Part shown: positions 1 through 10,517 of the stretch, one piece after another
Layout of the letters: every line of letters begins with the position of its first letter
How positions within the stretch are numbered: the first letter of the stretch is position 1
NCBI GenBank assembly: GCA_963848135.1
Contig: CAWKCK010000003.1
Location: 744,001 to 808,000, forward strand
Direction: 5' to 3'
Source of the DNA: an uncultured delta proteobacterium
GTDB taxonomy: Bacteria > Desulfobacterota > Desulfobacteria > Desulfobacterales > SG8-13
DNA: 64,000 nucleotides
Notes under the pieces: model-generated
Seen by the model: the letters and a program-made list of their open reading frames with translations, nothing else
Told to the model about the DNA's origin: nothing
Databases searched by the model: none
Made by a program: the position numbers and the translations under genes

Positions 1-54
1 CGCCTTAAGCCTCTCTACCGCCGCATTCGAGAAATAACCGGGTATCCGGAGTAA
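1..54 (+). CDS. C-terminal end of an upstream gene, possibly an FGGY-family carbohydrate kinase (partial)
   Basis: Frame 1 reads RLKPLYRRIREITGYPE then TAA TAA. This resembles C-termini I associate with FGGY kinases, but only 17 codons are visible. Confidence 0.35.
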   Translation, partial: RLKPLYRRIREITGYPE

Positions 55-61
55 TAACCGA

Positions 62-93
62 CTGGGGGGTCATACATCTGGGGGGTCACACAT
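62..93. repeat. 16-bp tandem duplication
   Basis: CTGGGGGGTCATACAT followed directly by CTGGGGGGTCACACAT (1 mismatch). Confidence 0.8.
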
Positions 94-241
94 CGGCAGT
101 CGCCCTATATTGTGCATTTCCGGCCTCTATCCGCAATCTTTACAAAAATTCACGCTTGTGCGATAAAATTGGTTTGCCATCACCGTCGGTGCGGCCGCGA
201 ATTTCAAGAATACTGCTCCATGCATTCAAAATGGCGCTCTC

Positions 242-1939
242 ATGCTCCTGGAACTTTCCATCCGCAATTTTGCCATAATCGATGATCTGAGAATTCACTT
301 TTCAGATGGACTCACCATTCTAAGCGGTGAAACCGGTGCTGGAAAATCGATCCTCATCAACGCCGTCAACCTGCTTCTTGGCAGTCGGGCGTCAGCGACT
401 TTGATCCGGACCGGTTGCAAGGCCGCCGAGCTGGAGGCCCTGTTTAAATTACCACCGGACAGCAAGGCCGCCATAACCTTGGCTGAAAATGGTTACCCTT
501 CCGAAGAGGCTCTATTGATCCGGCGGATCATTTCACGCAGAGAAAGCAATAGAATCTATATCGGCGACCGCTTGGCGACAATGCAGTTGCTCGGCGCCGT
601 CACCGAAAACCTGGCCAGTATTTCCGGGCAGCACGCCCATCAGAACCTTCTCAAAGATGAACAGCACCTGTTAATCCTCGATAAATTCGGGGGCCTGTTG
701 CCCCTGCGCCTGGCGCATGTCGACTGTTATCGTCAAGTGCTGCCGCAGATGGAACGAGTGAACAAGCTCAAATCGCTCAAAAACCGCCAGGCGCAGCAAA
801 GCGAATTGGCGCAATTTCAGAAAAAGGAAATTGAAGAAGCCTGCCTAAAGAAAGAAGAGGACATCGCGCTTGAACAGGAGCGCAGCCGGCTTAAAAACAG
901 CGAGTTTTTGTCCCAGGCGGTGTATCAGTCCATCGAAGAACTTTACAGCCGCCACGGATCAGTTGTCGAGCAATTGGCTGCTGTGCGTCACAATTTAGAC
1001 AAGGCCGCTCGAATAGATACCGTCTTGACGCCCAGGCTTGAGTCCTTGTCAGAAATATCTTTTCACCTTGAGGATCTGGTCGCAGATCTCAGATCTTATC
1101 TTAAAAACGTCCAGACGGATGACAGCCGGTTGGAGGCGGTGGAAGAGCGGCTGGATTTGATCAACAAGCTCAAACGTAAATACGGCGAATCGCTGGGCGA
1201 CGTTTTTATGCATCTTGATACCATTTCCCGGCAATTATCTGAACTTGGAAACCTCGATGGAGAAATTGCCGAGGCAGAAGAAACGCTATCGATACTGCAT
1301 AAACGACTGGCTGACCTGTCAACCCGTCTCTCGCAGGCGCGGGGGGCAGCGGCCGCGGGGTTGGCTGGAAAAGTAGAAGCTGAATTGGCAAGCCTGAGCA
1401 TGCCCCAGACGCGATTCGAGGTGGCGATACGTCGCCTCCCGGTTGAAGAACCGACCGCTTCTTGCCTGCAGATTGACGGTATGCAGATTAATGAAACCGG
1501 TGTCGATCGTGTAACTTTCAAAATCGCCCCGAATATCGGCGAGGACCTCAAACCGTTGGCCGCCATTGCATCCGGTGGTGAACTGTCCCGAATTGTACTG
1601 GCCTTAAAAGCCATATTGGCGGCAACTGAAACGGTAGAGACTGTCATTTTCGATGAAGTTGATGCCGGAATCGGCGGTGGGACGGCAGAAGTCGTGGGTG
1701 TCAAGCTTTTAGAGCTGGCCCGCCACCACCAGGTCCTCTGCATCACCCACCTACCGCAAATAGCCAAGTTCGGTGAACACCATTTTGGCATCTCAAAACA
1801 GGTCGTTAACGGTCGGACCCTGACGGTTATCCATCCGTTGGATAATAAGGGACGCGTCGAAGAGATCGCCCGTATGCTTGGTGGTGTCGACATTACGGCC
1901 ACAACATTAAATCATGCCCGGGAACTATTGAAGCGCTGA
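242..1939 (+). CDS. recN: DNA repair protein RecN
   Basis: MLLELSIRNFAII start, Walker A GETGAGKS, long coiled coil, signature ASGGELSR, Walker B IFDEVDAG, ITHLPQ, EEIARML; 565 aa. Confidence 0.97.
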   Translation: MLLELSIRNFAIIDDLRIHFSDGLTILSGETGAGKSILINAVNLLLGSRASATLIRTGCKAAELEALFKLPPDSKAAITLAENGYPSEEALLIRRIISRRESNRIYIGDRLATMQLLGAVTENLASISGQHAHQNLLKDEQHLLILDKFGGLLPLRLAHVDCYRQVLPQMERVNKLKSLKNRQAQQSELAQFQKKEIEEACLKKEEDIALEQERSRLKNSEFLSQAVYQSIEELYSRHGSVVEQLAAVRHNLDKAARIDTVLTPRLESLSEISFHLEDLVADLRSYLKNVQTDDSRLEAVEERLDLINKLKRKYGESLGDVFMHLDTISRQLSELGNLDGEIAEAEETLSILHKRLADLSTRLSQARGAAAAGLAGKVEAELASLSMPQTRFEVAIRRLPVEEPTASCLQIDGMQINETGVDRVTFKIAPNIGEDLKPLAAIASGGELSRIVLALKAILAATETVETVIFDEVDAGIGGGTAEVVGVKLLELARHHQVLCITHLPQIAKFGEHHFGISKQVVNGRTLTVIHPLDNKGRVEEIARMLGGVDITATTLNHARELLKR

Positions 1940-1993
1940 GCGTGATGTCTGTCAGGTGCACATGGCGATGTGCCCTGTCACGCCTTCAGCCGC

Positions 1994-2022
1994 TTGACAA
2001 GCACGATTATATAAAATATATT
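1994..2022 (+). promoter_or_regulatory. sigma70-type promoter
   Basis: TTGACA-N17-TATATT about 40 bp upstream of the zinc-ribbon gene. Confidence 0.6.
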
Positions 2023-2061
2023 TCTCCTTTTAGCAAATATTTCAAATTAAAGGAATGAGTG

Positions 2062-2307
2062 ATGCCAATATTTGAATTCAAATGTTCAAAGTGTTTTGAA
2101 TGTTTTGAAATCCTGATCATGAAGGAAAATGATTCTGTCGAAATGTGTTGTCCGAAATGTGGTGCTGAAGATTTCGAGCGTATTCTAAGCTGCACCAATT
2201 TTGCAGTGAATTCCGGATCAGGTGTCAATAAAAGCACCAAAACTGAGACGCGGCAATGTTCGGGGGGGTCCTGCTCTACACTCGAGATTCCCGGACCATC
2301 GCGTTAA
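2062..2307 (+). CDS. FmdB-family zinc-ribbon protein
   Basis: MPIFEFKCSKC...CPKCG motif and a C-terminal CSGGSC; AAGGA RBS. Confidence 0.9.
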   Translation: MPIFEFKCSKCFECFEILIMKENDSVEMCCPKCGAEDFERILSCTNFAVNSGSGVNKSTKTETRQCSGGSCSTLEIPGPSR

Positions 2308-2454
2308 TACACCAAGTTTGCCCATGCCGCCCTGCCAGCGCGTCCGTGCATTTCACTACGACTTCAGGTACTGCCAACGGTGAATATAAGGCGCCCTGAC
2401 GGCTGATAGCACTCCGTGAGTGCGGGCCCAAAAAGTCTGATCTGATCACCTGCC

Positions 2455-3135
2455 ATGCAGCAAATCCATAAACAGGAAAAAGAACAGTTTAAAAAACTAT
2501 TCACCCAGGAGCATATTGACCGTTTTGAAGAGCGTTTCAAGATCCTTGAGGCATTTCTGAAAACCGAGCAACATGTTACCGAAGCAGAGCTGCGGGAGTG
2601 TCTTCAGAGGGATAGCGTTGACTTTTCAAAAGAATTCATCCATGAAACCCTGGTTCTGATGTGCCGTTTCGGCTTTGCCCGAAAGAACCGGTTTAATAAT
2701 GGCCAGGTTCGATATGAGCACCACCATATCGGTCATCATCACGATCACATGATTTGCACCAAGTGCAAAAATATTGTCGAGTTCCGTAACGATCAGATAG
2801 AAACGCTGCAATTAAAGATCGCTGCCGAATTCGGGTTCCATGTGCTTCAACATAAAATGGAACTCTATGGAATTTGTACCGACTGCCTGAAAGATCGGGA
2901 GCAGTTGATGTCGCTTGTCAATGCAAGACAGGGGGAACAGTTAATTATCAGAGAGATCAACGGCGGCGCCGGGGCCCGGATGCGTTTGTTGACAATGGGG
3001 CTTAGAGTCGGCGATCCTATCGAAATAATTACCAATCAGAACAAAAGCCAAGTCGTGATCGCGGCCGACTTCAATCGGTATGCGCTCGGGTATGGACTGG
3101 CAGAGAAGATTCTTGTGGAACTGATACAGCATTAG
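2455..3135 (+). CDS. Fur-family transcriptional repressor with C-terminal FeoA domain
   Basis: Fur core (HVT..., HHHDHMICTKC, HKMELYGICTDC) followed by a FeoA-like segment (RMRLLTMGLRVGD...RYALGYGLAEKILV). Confidence 0.9.
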   Translation: MQQIHKQEKEQFKKLFTQEHIDRFEERFKILEAFLKTEQHVTEAELRECLQRDSVDFSKEFIHETLVLMCRFGFARKNRFNNGQVRYEHHHIGHHHDHMICTKCKNIVEFRNDQIETLQLKIAAEFGFHVLQHKMELYGICTDCLKDREQLMSLVNARQGEQLIIREINGGAGARMRLLTMGLRVGDPIEIITNQNKSQVVIAADFNRYALGYGLAEKILVELIQH

Positions 3136-3184
3136 TGCTGAAAAGGGGAATGCGGAAAGAAGCACAATTGCAGGGATAAACAGG

Positions 3185-4120
3185 GTGACCGACAGACTTC
3201 CGTCATACATACGTCTCATCCAAGACAACAGGATAGCAGATAGAATCCAGGCAACCAGGAAAATTATGCGTGCATGCACTCTTTGCCCCCGGGAGTGTCG
3301 AATCGATCGCATCGCCGGTCAGACGGGTATCTGCAAAACCGGTGCAAATGCCTGGGTCTCAAGCGCCAGTCCTCACTTTGGTGAAGAAGCGCCCCTGGTA
3401 GGAACAAATGGATCCGGCACCATATTCTTCACCCATTGTAATCTGATGTGCACTTTTTGCCAAAACTACGACATCAGCCATCAGGGGATTGGACAAGAGG
3501 TCACTGACGTGCAGTTGGCCGCAATGATGATTGAGCTGCAGGGGATGGGCTGCCACAACATCAATTTTGTCACGCCTTCCCATGTCATACCGCAGATCCT
3601 CGAGGCACTCCTCATTGCCGTTGAAGACGGTTTGAGGGTGCCCTTGATATACAACAGCGGCGGTTATGACAGTATCGAGACACTGAAACTGACCGAAGAC
3701 GTTTTCGATATCTACATGCCCGATTTTAAATTCTGGGATTCCCGGATTGCCGCCAAAACCTGTGACGCCGCCGACTATCCGGCGGTTGCCCGCCAAGCGA
3801 TCCGGGAGATGCATCGACAGGTTGGTGACCTGGTTATCAATGACAACGGGATTGCCAGCCGCGGGTTGTTGGTGCGCCACCTCATTCTTCCCCGTGGGTT
3901 GGCCGGTACAAGAGATATCATGCGTTTTATCGCCAATGAAATCTCACCCGACACATATGTGAATCTCATGTCTCAATACAGACCCTGCGGTCGGGCCGCC
4001 GATATACAATCGCTGGCAGCCAGACCCACGGCGGATGACTTTTACGAAGCCCGTAAGGCCGCGGCAGAAGAAGGGCTTCAGCGCCTCGATCGTCCACGAC
4101 GCGCTTTGGGGTTTCATTGA
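3185..4120 (+). CDS. Radical SAM protein, PflX-like
   Basis: CTLCPREC, HFGEE, GSGTIFF, CNLMCTFCQN (CxxxCxxC), NINFVTP, YMPDFK, LLVRHL, MSQYRP. Confidence 0.9.
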   Translation: MTDRLPSYIRLIQDNRIADRIQATRKIMRACTLCPRECRIDRIAGQTGICKTGANAWVSSASPHFGEEAPLVGTNGSGTIFFTHCNLMCTFCQNYDISHQGIGQEVTDVQLAAMMIELQGMGCHNINFVTPSHVIPQILEALLIAVEDGLRVPLIYNSGGYDSIETLKLTEDVFDIYMPDFKFWDSRIAAKTCDAADYPAVARQAIREMHRQVGDLVINDNGIASRGLLVRHLILPRGLAGTRDIMRFIANEISPDTYVNLMSQYRPCGRAADIQSLAARPTADDFYEARKAAAEEGLQRLDRPRRALGFH

Positions 4121-4158
4121 GCGGACACCCTCAACAAAAAAAATATTTGATCTAACTT

Positions 4159-4794
4159 ATGAATAAAATATACGCCGTCGGCGATATTCACGGATGCTAC
4201 GACAAACTCATGGATTTGATGGACAAAATCGACATTGACTTCGAATCCGACACGCTTGTATTCCTTGGTGATTACATCGATCGGGGGCCACAATCTTTTG
4301 AGGTCGTCGAGTATCTTGCCGATCTGAAATTGAAACATACCAATACGGTCTTTCTGAAGGGCAATCATGAAGAAATGCTGGAGAAATACCTCTCGGGCGA
4401 TGACCGGCTCACCTATCTGGTCAACGGCGGACAGCAAACACTGGAAAGTTACATGAACCGCCCCCGGGAAGAGGGTGAGCCCCCGATTCCCCGTAAGCAT
4501 CTCGATTTTTACAGCAGCCTCAGGATTTTCTACGAAACAGAAAATTACATCTTTGTACATGCAGGATTGAAAAATAAAGTGCCAATCGAGAGTCAGAAAA
4601 CCGAGGATCTCCTTTGGATTCGGAAGCGTTTCATTCAATCCAAATATGATTTCGGCAAGATGGTTGTGTTCGGTCACACCCCGCTGCACGAACCGTTGCT
4701 CTTACCAAATAAAATAGGTATTGATACGGGTGCCGTATACGGTAACAAGCTCACATGCATTCGGTTGCCGGAACTGGTATTTTACACAATTTAA
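4159..4794 (+). CDS. Metallophosphoesterase (PPP-type Ser/Thr protein phosphatase family)
   Basis: GDIHG, GDYIDRG, GNHE, VHAG, FGHTP and IDTGA motifs. Confidence 0.93.
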   Translation: MNKIYAVGDIHGCYDKLMDLMDKIDIDFESDTLVFLGDYIDRGPQSFEVVEYLADLKLKHTNTVFLKGNHEEMLEKYLSGDDRLTYLVNGGQQTLESYMNRPREEGEPPIPRKHLDFYSSLRIFYETENYIFVHAGLKNKVPIESQKTEDLLWIRKRFIQSKYDFGKMVVFGHTPLHEPLLLPNKIGIDTGAVYGNKLTCIRLPELVFYTI

Positions 4795-4864
4795 CTCGGA
4801 AAGTTCTTTAAATATCCGGACGATAAGTAGGCAGCGGGCAATCAGGCATTTTGGGTGAATATAG

Positions 4865-5296
4865 ATGAAGTATTATGCCTTGGTTAGTTTTCTATTCTTG
4901 TCCCTTTTCAGTGCAACGGCATTGGCCGAGCGTCTTGCAATTACCGGCAGTATTGCCAATATCCGCTCTGGTCCGGGGGCCGCACACGATGTGATCTGGA
5001 AAGTGCAACGCTACTATCCCTTTGAGGTTATAAAAAAAGAAGGGAGCTGGATCCAGTTTCGAGATTTTGAGAATGATGTCGGCTGGGTTCATGATACTCT
5101 GACGGGGAAAATTCAAACCGTTATTACCAACAAACCGCAATGCAACATCCGCCAGGGACCCGGGACCCAGTATGAAATCGTATTTACCGTCGAAAACGGT
5201 GTACCCTTCAAGGTATTGGATCGCCAAGGCGACTGGTTGCATATCGAGCATGCGGATGGTGACCGGGGGTGGGTCCACTCCTCGTTGGTGTGGTAA
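4865..5296 (+). CDS. Secreted tandem bacterial SH3 domain protein
   Basis: Signal peptide ending ALA; two repeats, ANIRSGPG...GWV and CNIRQGPG...GWV. Confidence 0.9.
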   Translation: MKYYALVSFLFLSLFSATALAERLAITGSIANIRSGPGAAHDVIWKVQRYYPFEVIKKEGSWIQFRDFENDVGWVHDTLTGKIQTVITNKPQCNIRQGPGTQYEIVFTVENGVPFKVLDRQGDWLHIEHADGDRGWVHSSLVW

Positions 5297-5372
5297 CAAT
5301 TCGATTTATCTCATCATGAGAGGCGGCGGCCATTGTTACCTGCGGGCCTGAAAGATATTCTACAATACGCGT

Positions 5373-6401
5373 GTGAATTCAAAGACGGATCGATTCATGG
5401 AAGTTAGGGAAAAGTTAAAATCTGAAAATAAATTGATCGTTGGTGTCGGATCGGCCCTGGTGGATATTCTTTGCAATGAAGATGACGCCTTTCTCGAGCA
5501 AACCGGTGCGGCCAAGGGGGGCATGACCTTAGTAGACAGGGCGTTCATCGAGAATACCCTTTCGCGGGCGTCCGGCAGCCCTTCGATTGTACCCGGTGGG
5601 TCGGCGTGCAACACCGTGGTCGGTGTCGGAAAGCTGGGCGGTCAGGCCCGATTTGTCGGTAAATGTGGCAACGGTACTTGGGGCCAGCTGTTCCGAGAGG
5701 ACCTTGCTAAGAACAACGTGGATCCGGTGCTTTTTCCTTCCGATTCCCCCACCGGCCGGGTACTGTCGATAATCACACCGGATGCCCAGCGATCGATGTT
5801 TACCTACCTGGGAGCTTCCTCAGAAACACAACCGGGAGAATTGACCAACGGCTGTTTCAATAAGGCCGCTGTCGTCCACATTGAAGGTTATCTGCTCTTC
5901 AATCCGGAGCTTATTATGACTGCCGTTAGCGCCGCTCGTCAGAGTGGTGCACTGGTTTCACTGGACCTGGCCAGCTATACGGTTGTCGAAGAATCCAGGG
6001 AGTTGCTAAACCGAATCGTCAGCAAATCCGTTGATATCGTCATTGCGAATGAGGACGAAGCGCGGGCATTTACCGGTTGCACCGATGAAAGGAAGTCTCT
6101 GGCAGCCCTGGCAAAAAAGGCTGCCATCGCCATTGTTAAAGTCGGAGAGCGTGGCAGTTATATCGCCAGTGGGGACCGAATGATTCAAATTGACGCCGTT
6201 GGTGATGGACGGGCGGTGGATTCAACCGGTGCCGGCGACCTGTGGGCATCCGGGTTTTTGTATGGGCTGGTAAACGGTTTTTCGCTCGAAAAATGCGGGC
6301 AGTTAGGTTCAGCCTGCGGTTACGAGGTGTGTCAGGTGGTCGGCGCGAATATACCTGACGAAGGATGGACGCGAATAAAGAGAGTGTTGGAGGGGTGTTG
6401 A
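5373..6401 (+). CDS. PfkB-family kinase (adenosine kinase-like); alternative start at ATG 5397
   Basis: GSALVD, PGGSACNT, RSMFTYLGAS, ANEDE, DSTGAGD. Confidence 0.9.
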   Translation: MNSKTDRFMEVREKLKSENKLIVGVGSALVDILCNEDDAFLEQTGAAKGGMTLVDRAFIENTLSRASGSPSIVPGGSACNTVVGVGKLGGQARFVGKCGNGTWGQLFREDLAKNNVDPVLFPSDSPTGRVLSIITPDAQRSMFTYLGASSETQPGELTNGCFNKAAVVHIEGYLLFNPELIMTAVSAARQSGALVSLDLASYTVVEESRELLNRIVSKSVDIVIANEDEARAFTGCTDERKSLAALAKKAAIAIVKVGERGSYIASGDRMIQIDAVGDGRAVDSTGAGDLWASGFLYGLVNGFSLEKCGQLGSACGYEVCQVVGANIPDEGWTRIKRVLEGC

Positions 6402-6402
6402 T

Positions 6403-7128
6403 ATGGCAAAAGGAAAAAAGGTCACGCGCAAGAAATTGCTAAAGGAACCAGACGAATTTTTGACCTTTTCGGCCAAACTGTTCAATATTATTGTTAAATA
6501 CAAATTCCAGGCGCTCGGCGCCATAGGGGGTCTCGTCCTGATCGTCCTGGTGATTTCAGGATTCAGCTATTATGCCCACAGGCAGGCCAGCCAGGCTGAA
6601 GCACAATTGCAAAAAAGCTGGAACCGATATGAATCCCTTCGCAACGAAAAAGGCCCACTGGAAGCGTATCAAGCCGTCAGTTCCGAATTTGAAAATATAC
6701 TGGTCAATTTTGGTGGTCAACCGGGAGGGAAAGCCGCCCGCGTCGTATTGGCCAATATCTGTTACAATGGCGGCGATGCCGACAAAGCAATTGCCCTTTA
6801 CGAAGCCGCCCTCGAAGATTTCGCAGATCCGTTTTACCGTGGACAAATTTTAAACGGGTTGGGCTATGCCCACGAAGCAAAAAACGAGCTTGAAAAGGCG
6901 GCAGAGTATTTTGAAACAACTGCGGCGGGAAGCAATGCCGCGCTCAGGGGGGAGGCACTCTTTAACCTCGGGCGGTTATACGGCGCATTGGAAAACATTG
7001 AAAAAAGCATGGCTGCCTACCAGAAGATCATCTCCGAACATCCCGATTCGCTTTATGCTGATTTGGCGCGAGAGCGCATTGGGACCACTGCTATCAACCC
7101 GGTTGTTTCGGCATCCCCACCAGAGTAA
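6403..7128 (+). CDS. Membrane-anchored TPR protein (YfgM-like)
   Basis: Basic N-terminus with RKKLLKEPDEF, one TM helix, TPR repeats. Confidence 0.8.
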   Translation: MAKGKKVTRKKLLKEPDEFLTFSAKLFNIIVKYKFQALGAIGGLVLIVLVISGFSYYAHRQASQAEAQLQKSWNRYESLRNEKGPLEAYQAVSSEFENILVNFGGQPGGKAARVVLANICYNGGDADKAIALYEAALEDFADPFYRGQILNGLGYAHEAKNELEKAAEYFETTAAGSNAALRGEALFNLGRLYGALENIEKSMAAYQKIISEHPDSLYADLARERIGTTAINPVVSASPPE

Positions 7129-7191
7129 ATATGGCCGAGCAGTAAAAGGTTCTCTCATGTCGGCCATAAAGGAGGAAATCAGACGATCATT

Positions 7192-8568
7192 TCATCTGGT
7201 GACCTCCAGGTCGTACTTCTTGATTTTCTGATTCAAGCCGCTCTTGCCGATTCCGAGCAATTCCGCAGCTCTCGCCTGGACGTAATTGGTTTTCTTCAGT
7301 GCCCTTAGAATCATCGTTTTTTCGATCATTACCAATGTATCCTGAAGTTTTGCATCTGCCGGGATGCTCTCCAGGTAAAGGTCGTCATGAACGGTATCTC
7401 TGAAACTTTTCGGCAGATCGGTGGGTCTTATCATCCCACCGGGGCTCATTATCATCAGGCGTTCAATGAGGTTTTCGAGTTCGCGCACATTTCCTGGCCA
7501 GCTGTACTCGTAAAAGAGTCTTTCAACCTCGGGATCAATGCCGGATACCGGGATACCATGCTTGCGTTCTTGGGCGTATTTTTTAATAAAGTGATTCACC
7601 AGCAGGCGCAGGTCCTGCTGCCGTTGCTTGAGTGATGGCAATTCAATATGAACGACGTTGAGCCGGTAGTAAAGATCTTCCCTGAATCGCCCTTGTTGCA
7701 TTTCCTCTTTCAGGTTTCGATTCGTAGCGGCAAGCACCCGGATGTTGACCGTAATCGGTTTTATTCCACCCACACGTTCGAAAACCTTTTCCTGCAGAAC
7801 CCGCAGAAGCTTGACCTGCAAGCCGGTGGACATTTCGCCGATTTCATCTAAAAAAAGGGTACCCGTATCCGACAGTTCAAACCGACCTTTTCGCATGGCC
7901 ACGGCACCAGTGAAGGCGCCTTTTTCGTGTCCAAATAGCTCACTTTCAAGAAGGGTTTCTGCCAGTGCAGAACAGTTGACAGCCACAAAGGGCTTATCCC
8001 GGCGGGAGCTGTTGAAGTGAATTGCTTTGGCGACAAGTTCCTTGCCCGTACCACTTTCCCCCTCGATGAGTACCGTCGCACTGGTCGGGGCGACTTTCCG
8101 GATCGTATCGAAAACCTGTTGCATGGGCTTGCTTTTTCCGATGATATTGCCGAAGCTATATTGTGAGGATACCGCATCGCGCAGGTCACGGTTCTCCTTG
8201 ATCACTCTGTACATGGATATTGCCTTGTTGACATAGATGATCAGGCGGTCATTGTCGAAAGGTTTCAATATATAGCTGTAAGCACCCTTCTGCATGGCTT
8301 CCACTGCCTTGTCGACCGTACCGTGTGCCGTCATCATGATAACCGGCAGTTCAGGATCTTTGGTTTTGATTTTTTCGAGTAACTGGATGCCATCCATCAC
8401 GGGCATCTTCATGTCGGTTAGCACCAGATCAACGTCTGAACTCGCCAAAATCTCAATGGCCTCCGGGCCGCTGTTGGCAGTGTATATCTCAAATCCTTCT
8501 TCTTCCAAGACGGCACCGAGAATTCGCGGGTAATTTTTTTCATCGTCAACAATCAGTATCGTTTCCAT
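7192..8568 (-). CDS. Sigma54-dependent response regulator (NtrC/PilR family)
   Basis: Receiver ILIVDDE...TDMKMP, GESGTGKE, GAFTGA, LFLDEIGE, FREDLYYRL, WPGNVRELEN, Fis-type HTH. Confidence 0.95.
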   Translation of the reverse strand: METILIVDDEKNYPRILGAVLEEEGFEIYTANSGPEAIEILASSDVDLVLTDMKMPVMDGIQLLEKIKTKDPELPVIMMTAHGTVDKAVEAMQKGAYSYILKPFDNDRLIIYVNKAISMYRVIKENRDLRDAVSSQYSFGNIIGKSKPMQQVFDTIRKVAPTSATVLIEGESGTGKELVAKAIHFNSSRRDKPFVAVNCSALAETLLESELFGHEKGAFTGAVAMRKGRFELSDTGTLFLDEIGEMSTGLQVKLLRVLQEKVFERVGGIKPITVNIRVLAATNRNLKEEMQQGRFREDLYYRLNVVHIELPSLKQRQQDLRLLVNHFIKKYAQERKHGIPVSGIDPEVERLFYEYSWPGNVRELENLIERLMIMSPGGMIRPTDLPKSFRDTVHDDLYLESIPADAKLQDTLVMIEKTMILRALKKTNYVQARAAELLGIGKSGLNQKIKKYDLEVTR

Positions 8569-8570
8569 GT

Positions 8571-10019
8571 TCAACCTTTCCGGTCGCAGGGCAACTGGAC
8601 AATGACCCGAGCCCCTCCTTCAGGAGTATTTTCAATCCGAATATCGCCGCCATGAGCGTCGATAATGTTTTTTACAATTCCCAGCCCCAACCCGGTTCCC
8701 TTATCCTTGGTGGTAAAATAGGGGTCCCATATTTTTTCAAGCAATTTTTCCGGGATACCAGCACCTTGGTCGGTAAAGCTGATTTGCACGGCCCCGTCGA
8801 CGGGTTGAACCCGGATTGAAATTTCCCCTCCGTCGGGCATGGCCTGCAAGGCATTGATGAAGATATTTAAAAATGCCTGATAGAGCATGTCCACGTCCGC
8901 CTTGACTTCCGCCAGATCGCTGTCGATTGAAATATGGACATCGTGCCCCTTGTTCTTCATCTGGGGCGCCAGATAGGTTATATTTTTTTCAAGGATGTCC
9001 TCTACGCGATAGGGTGCCAGGCGGGGAGATCGGGGCCTGGCATAATTTAAAAAGTCGGTGATGATATTGTTCAGACGGGTGGATTCTTCGACGATAATGT
9101 CGGGTATCGCGTTGCTCGGTTCCAGCTTTGCCATTTTTTTCTTTAACAGCTCGGCTGAACTGAAAATAATGCCTAAAGGATTCCTGATTTCATGGGAAAT
9201 AACGGCCGCCATTTCCCCAAGAGAAGAAAGATGGGCCGCCCGATTGAGCTGCTCTTTCAGACGCAGTCTTTCCTGGGCCCGGTTTTCGATGATACCCTCA
9301 CCCCTTTTCACAACAAAAATGAGAATCAGAAAGAGCGTCAGCATCATCAGGGCGCTGGTCGTCACGACATAAACCTGGTACTTGAAAATCGATTTGTACT
9401 CGGCAGACAGATCCTGCACGATTTCAATCACGCCCAAAACCGGTCCCGATATTCGCGAAGGGAGCTGCTCCGCGCGTAACGGCGCAAAGGTGATAAAACG
9501 ACTTTCCTTCGGAATTCCCAACAGAATTTCCCAAAAGTTTCCCCGTTGAGACTGCCGTGACAAGGTCTGGCCATTTATTGCCGCCTGGTAACTGTTGCCG
9601 CCCATATTCATTTTACCGATCAGGTCGCGGTCAAAACTGTATGAGATCACATTGTTCATGTCGTAGATATTGACCATTTCCACCTTGAAACTGTGAAGCG
9701 TATTACGAACGACCTTATCCATGAGCTCATATTGCTCATCATTTCGGAGTTGTATCTTGCCGAAACGCAACACCACTGGCATTACAAATTGCAAAAATAT
9801 TTGATGGTTGAGATTTTCGATGATCACAAACGCATATTCTTCACTTTTCTCCTGCTGCATTGCGCGGGCCCAGTGAATATTTAACATCGAAAGAACTAAA
9901 GTCCCTAAAAATATAAGGCTCAAACTGGTAACGGCAAAATATTTAACCAGTCGAAACGGTTTGATTCTCTCCTCAACCGATTGAGCATCAACAGTCAATG
10001 TTTGCACACCTTTCGTCAT
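8571..10019 (-). CDS. Sensor histidine kinase
   Basis: Two TM helices flank a periplasmic domain; H-box SHEIRNPL, N-box, DQGAGI, FTTK, GTGLGL. Confidence 0.95.
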   Translation of the reverse strand: MTKGVQTLTVDAQSVEERIKPFRLVKYFAVTSLSLIFLGTLVLSMLNIHWARAMQQEKSEEYAFVIIENLNHQIFLQFVMPVVLRFGKIQLRNDEQYELMDKVVRNTLHSFKVEMVNIYDMNNVISYSFDRDLIGKMNMGGNSYQAAINGQTLSRQSQRGNFWEILLGIPKESRFITFAPLRAEQLPSRISGPVLGVIEIVQDLSAEYKSIFKYQVYVVTTSALMMLTLFLILIFVVKRGEGIIENRAQERLRLKEQLNRAAHLSSLGEMAAVISHEIRNPLGIIFSSAELLKKKMAKLEPSNAIPDIIVEESTRLNNIITDFLNYARPRSPRLAPYRVEDILEKNITYLAPQMKNKGHDVHISIDSDLAEVKADVDMLYQAFLNIFINALQAMPDGGEISIRVQPVDGAVQISFTDQGAGIPEKLLEKIWDPYFTTKDKGTGLGLGIVKNIIDAHGGDIRIENTPEGGARVIVQLPCDRKG

Positions 10020-10517
10020 AGGATCCGGGGCGCGCGGAGAGGGGCAATGCGCCTGCTGAATCGATTTCTCCGATAAGCCGGCTTATCCGGTGAAAGCAGT
10101 TGAAATGACGGGTATAAGTGAACTTAAAGCAGTGGCTGTTGTTAGCATGCTCGGTAAAAAATTACAATCGGCTTCGAAAGTGTGCCTTCCCACTGGTTCG
10201 AACGCGTCGAAACCGGGGTATTTCTCCAACCGCCAAAGCCAACGACGCTCCGAACTCTAATCACCTGTCGCCGGATGATACCCAAAATAAACGGATCTGT
10301 TTTAACGCTGGGGCTAAACCCCCAGGCAAAACGGCCGATATACACATTGAGGCGCGAGTGGTTAAATAGATCTGAAATGGCTGGAATATAGTGTGATCGT
10401 CCAAATGCTTCAAGCGGAGAAGATTGACCAATATGTTTGGCCCTTCAGCCATTTACTATTTCGGCCACCGACAACGGGCTTTATGCGATAGAAGAGGGTG
10501 CACGGGTAATAAAATTA

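Noticed and set aside
10020..10509. Short ORFs or a pseudogene between the kinase and the IS
   Set aside because: The 63-83 aa ORFs on both strands have no recognisable motifs or RBS. Only a palindrome, GATAAGCCGGCTTATC, was noted.
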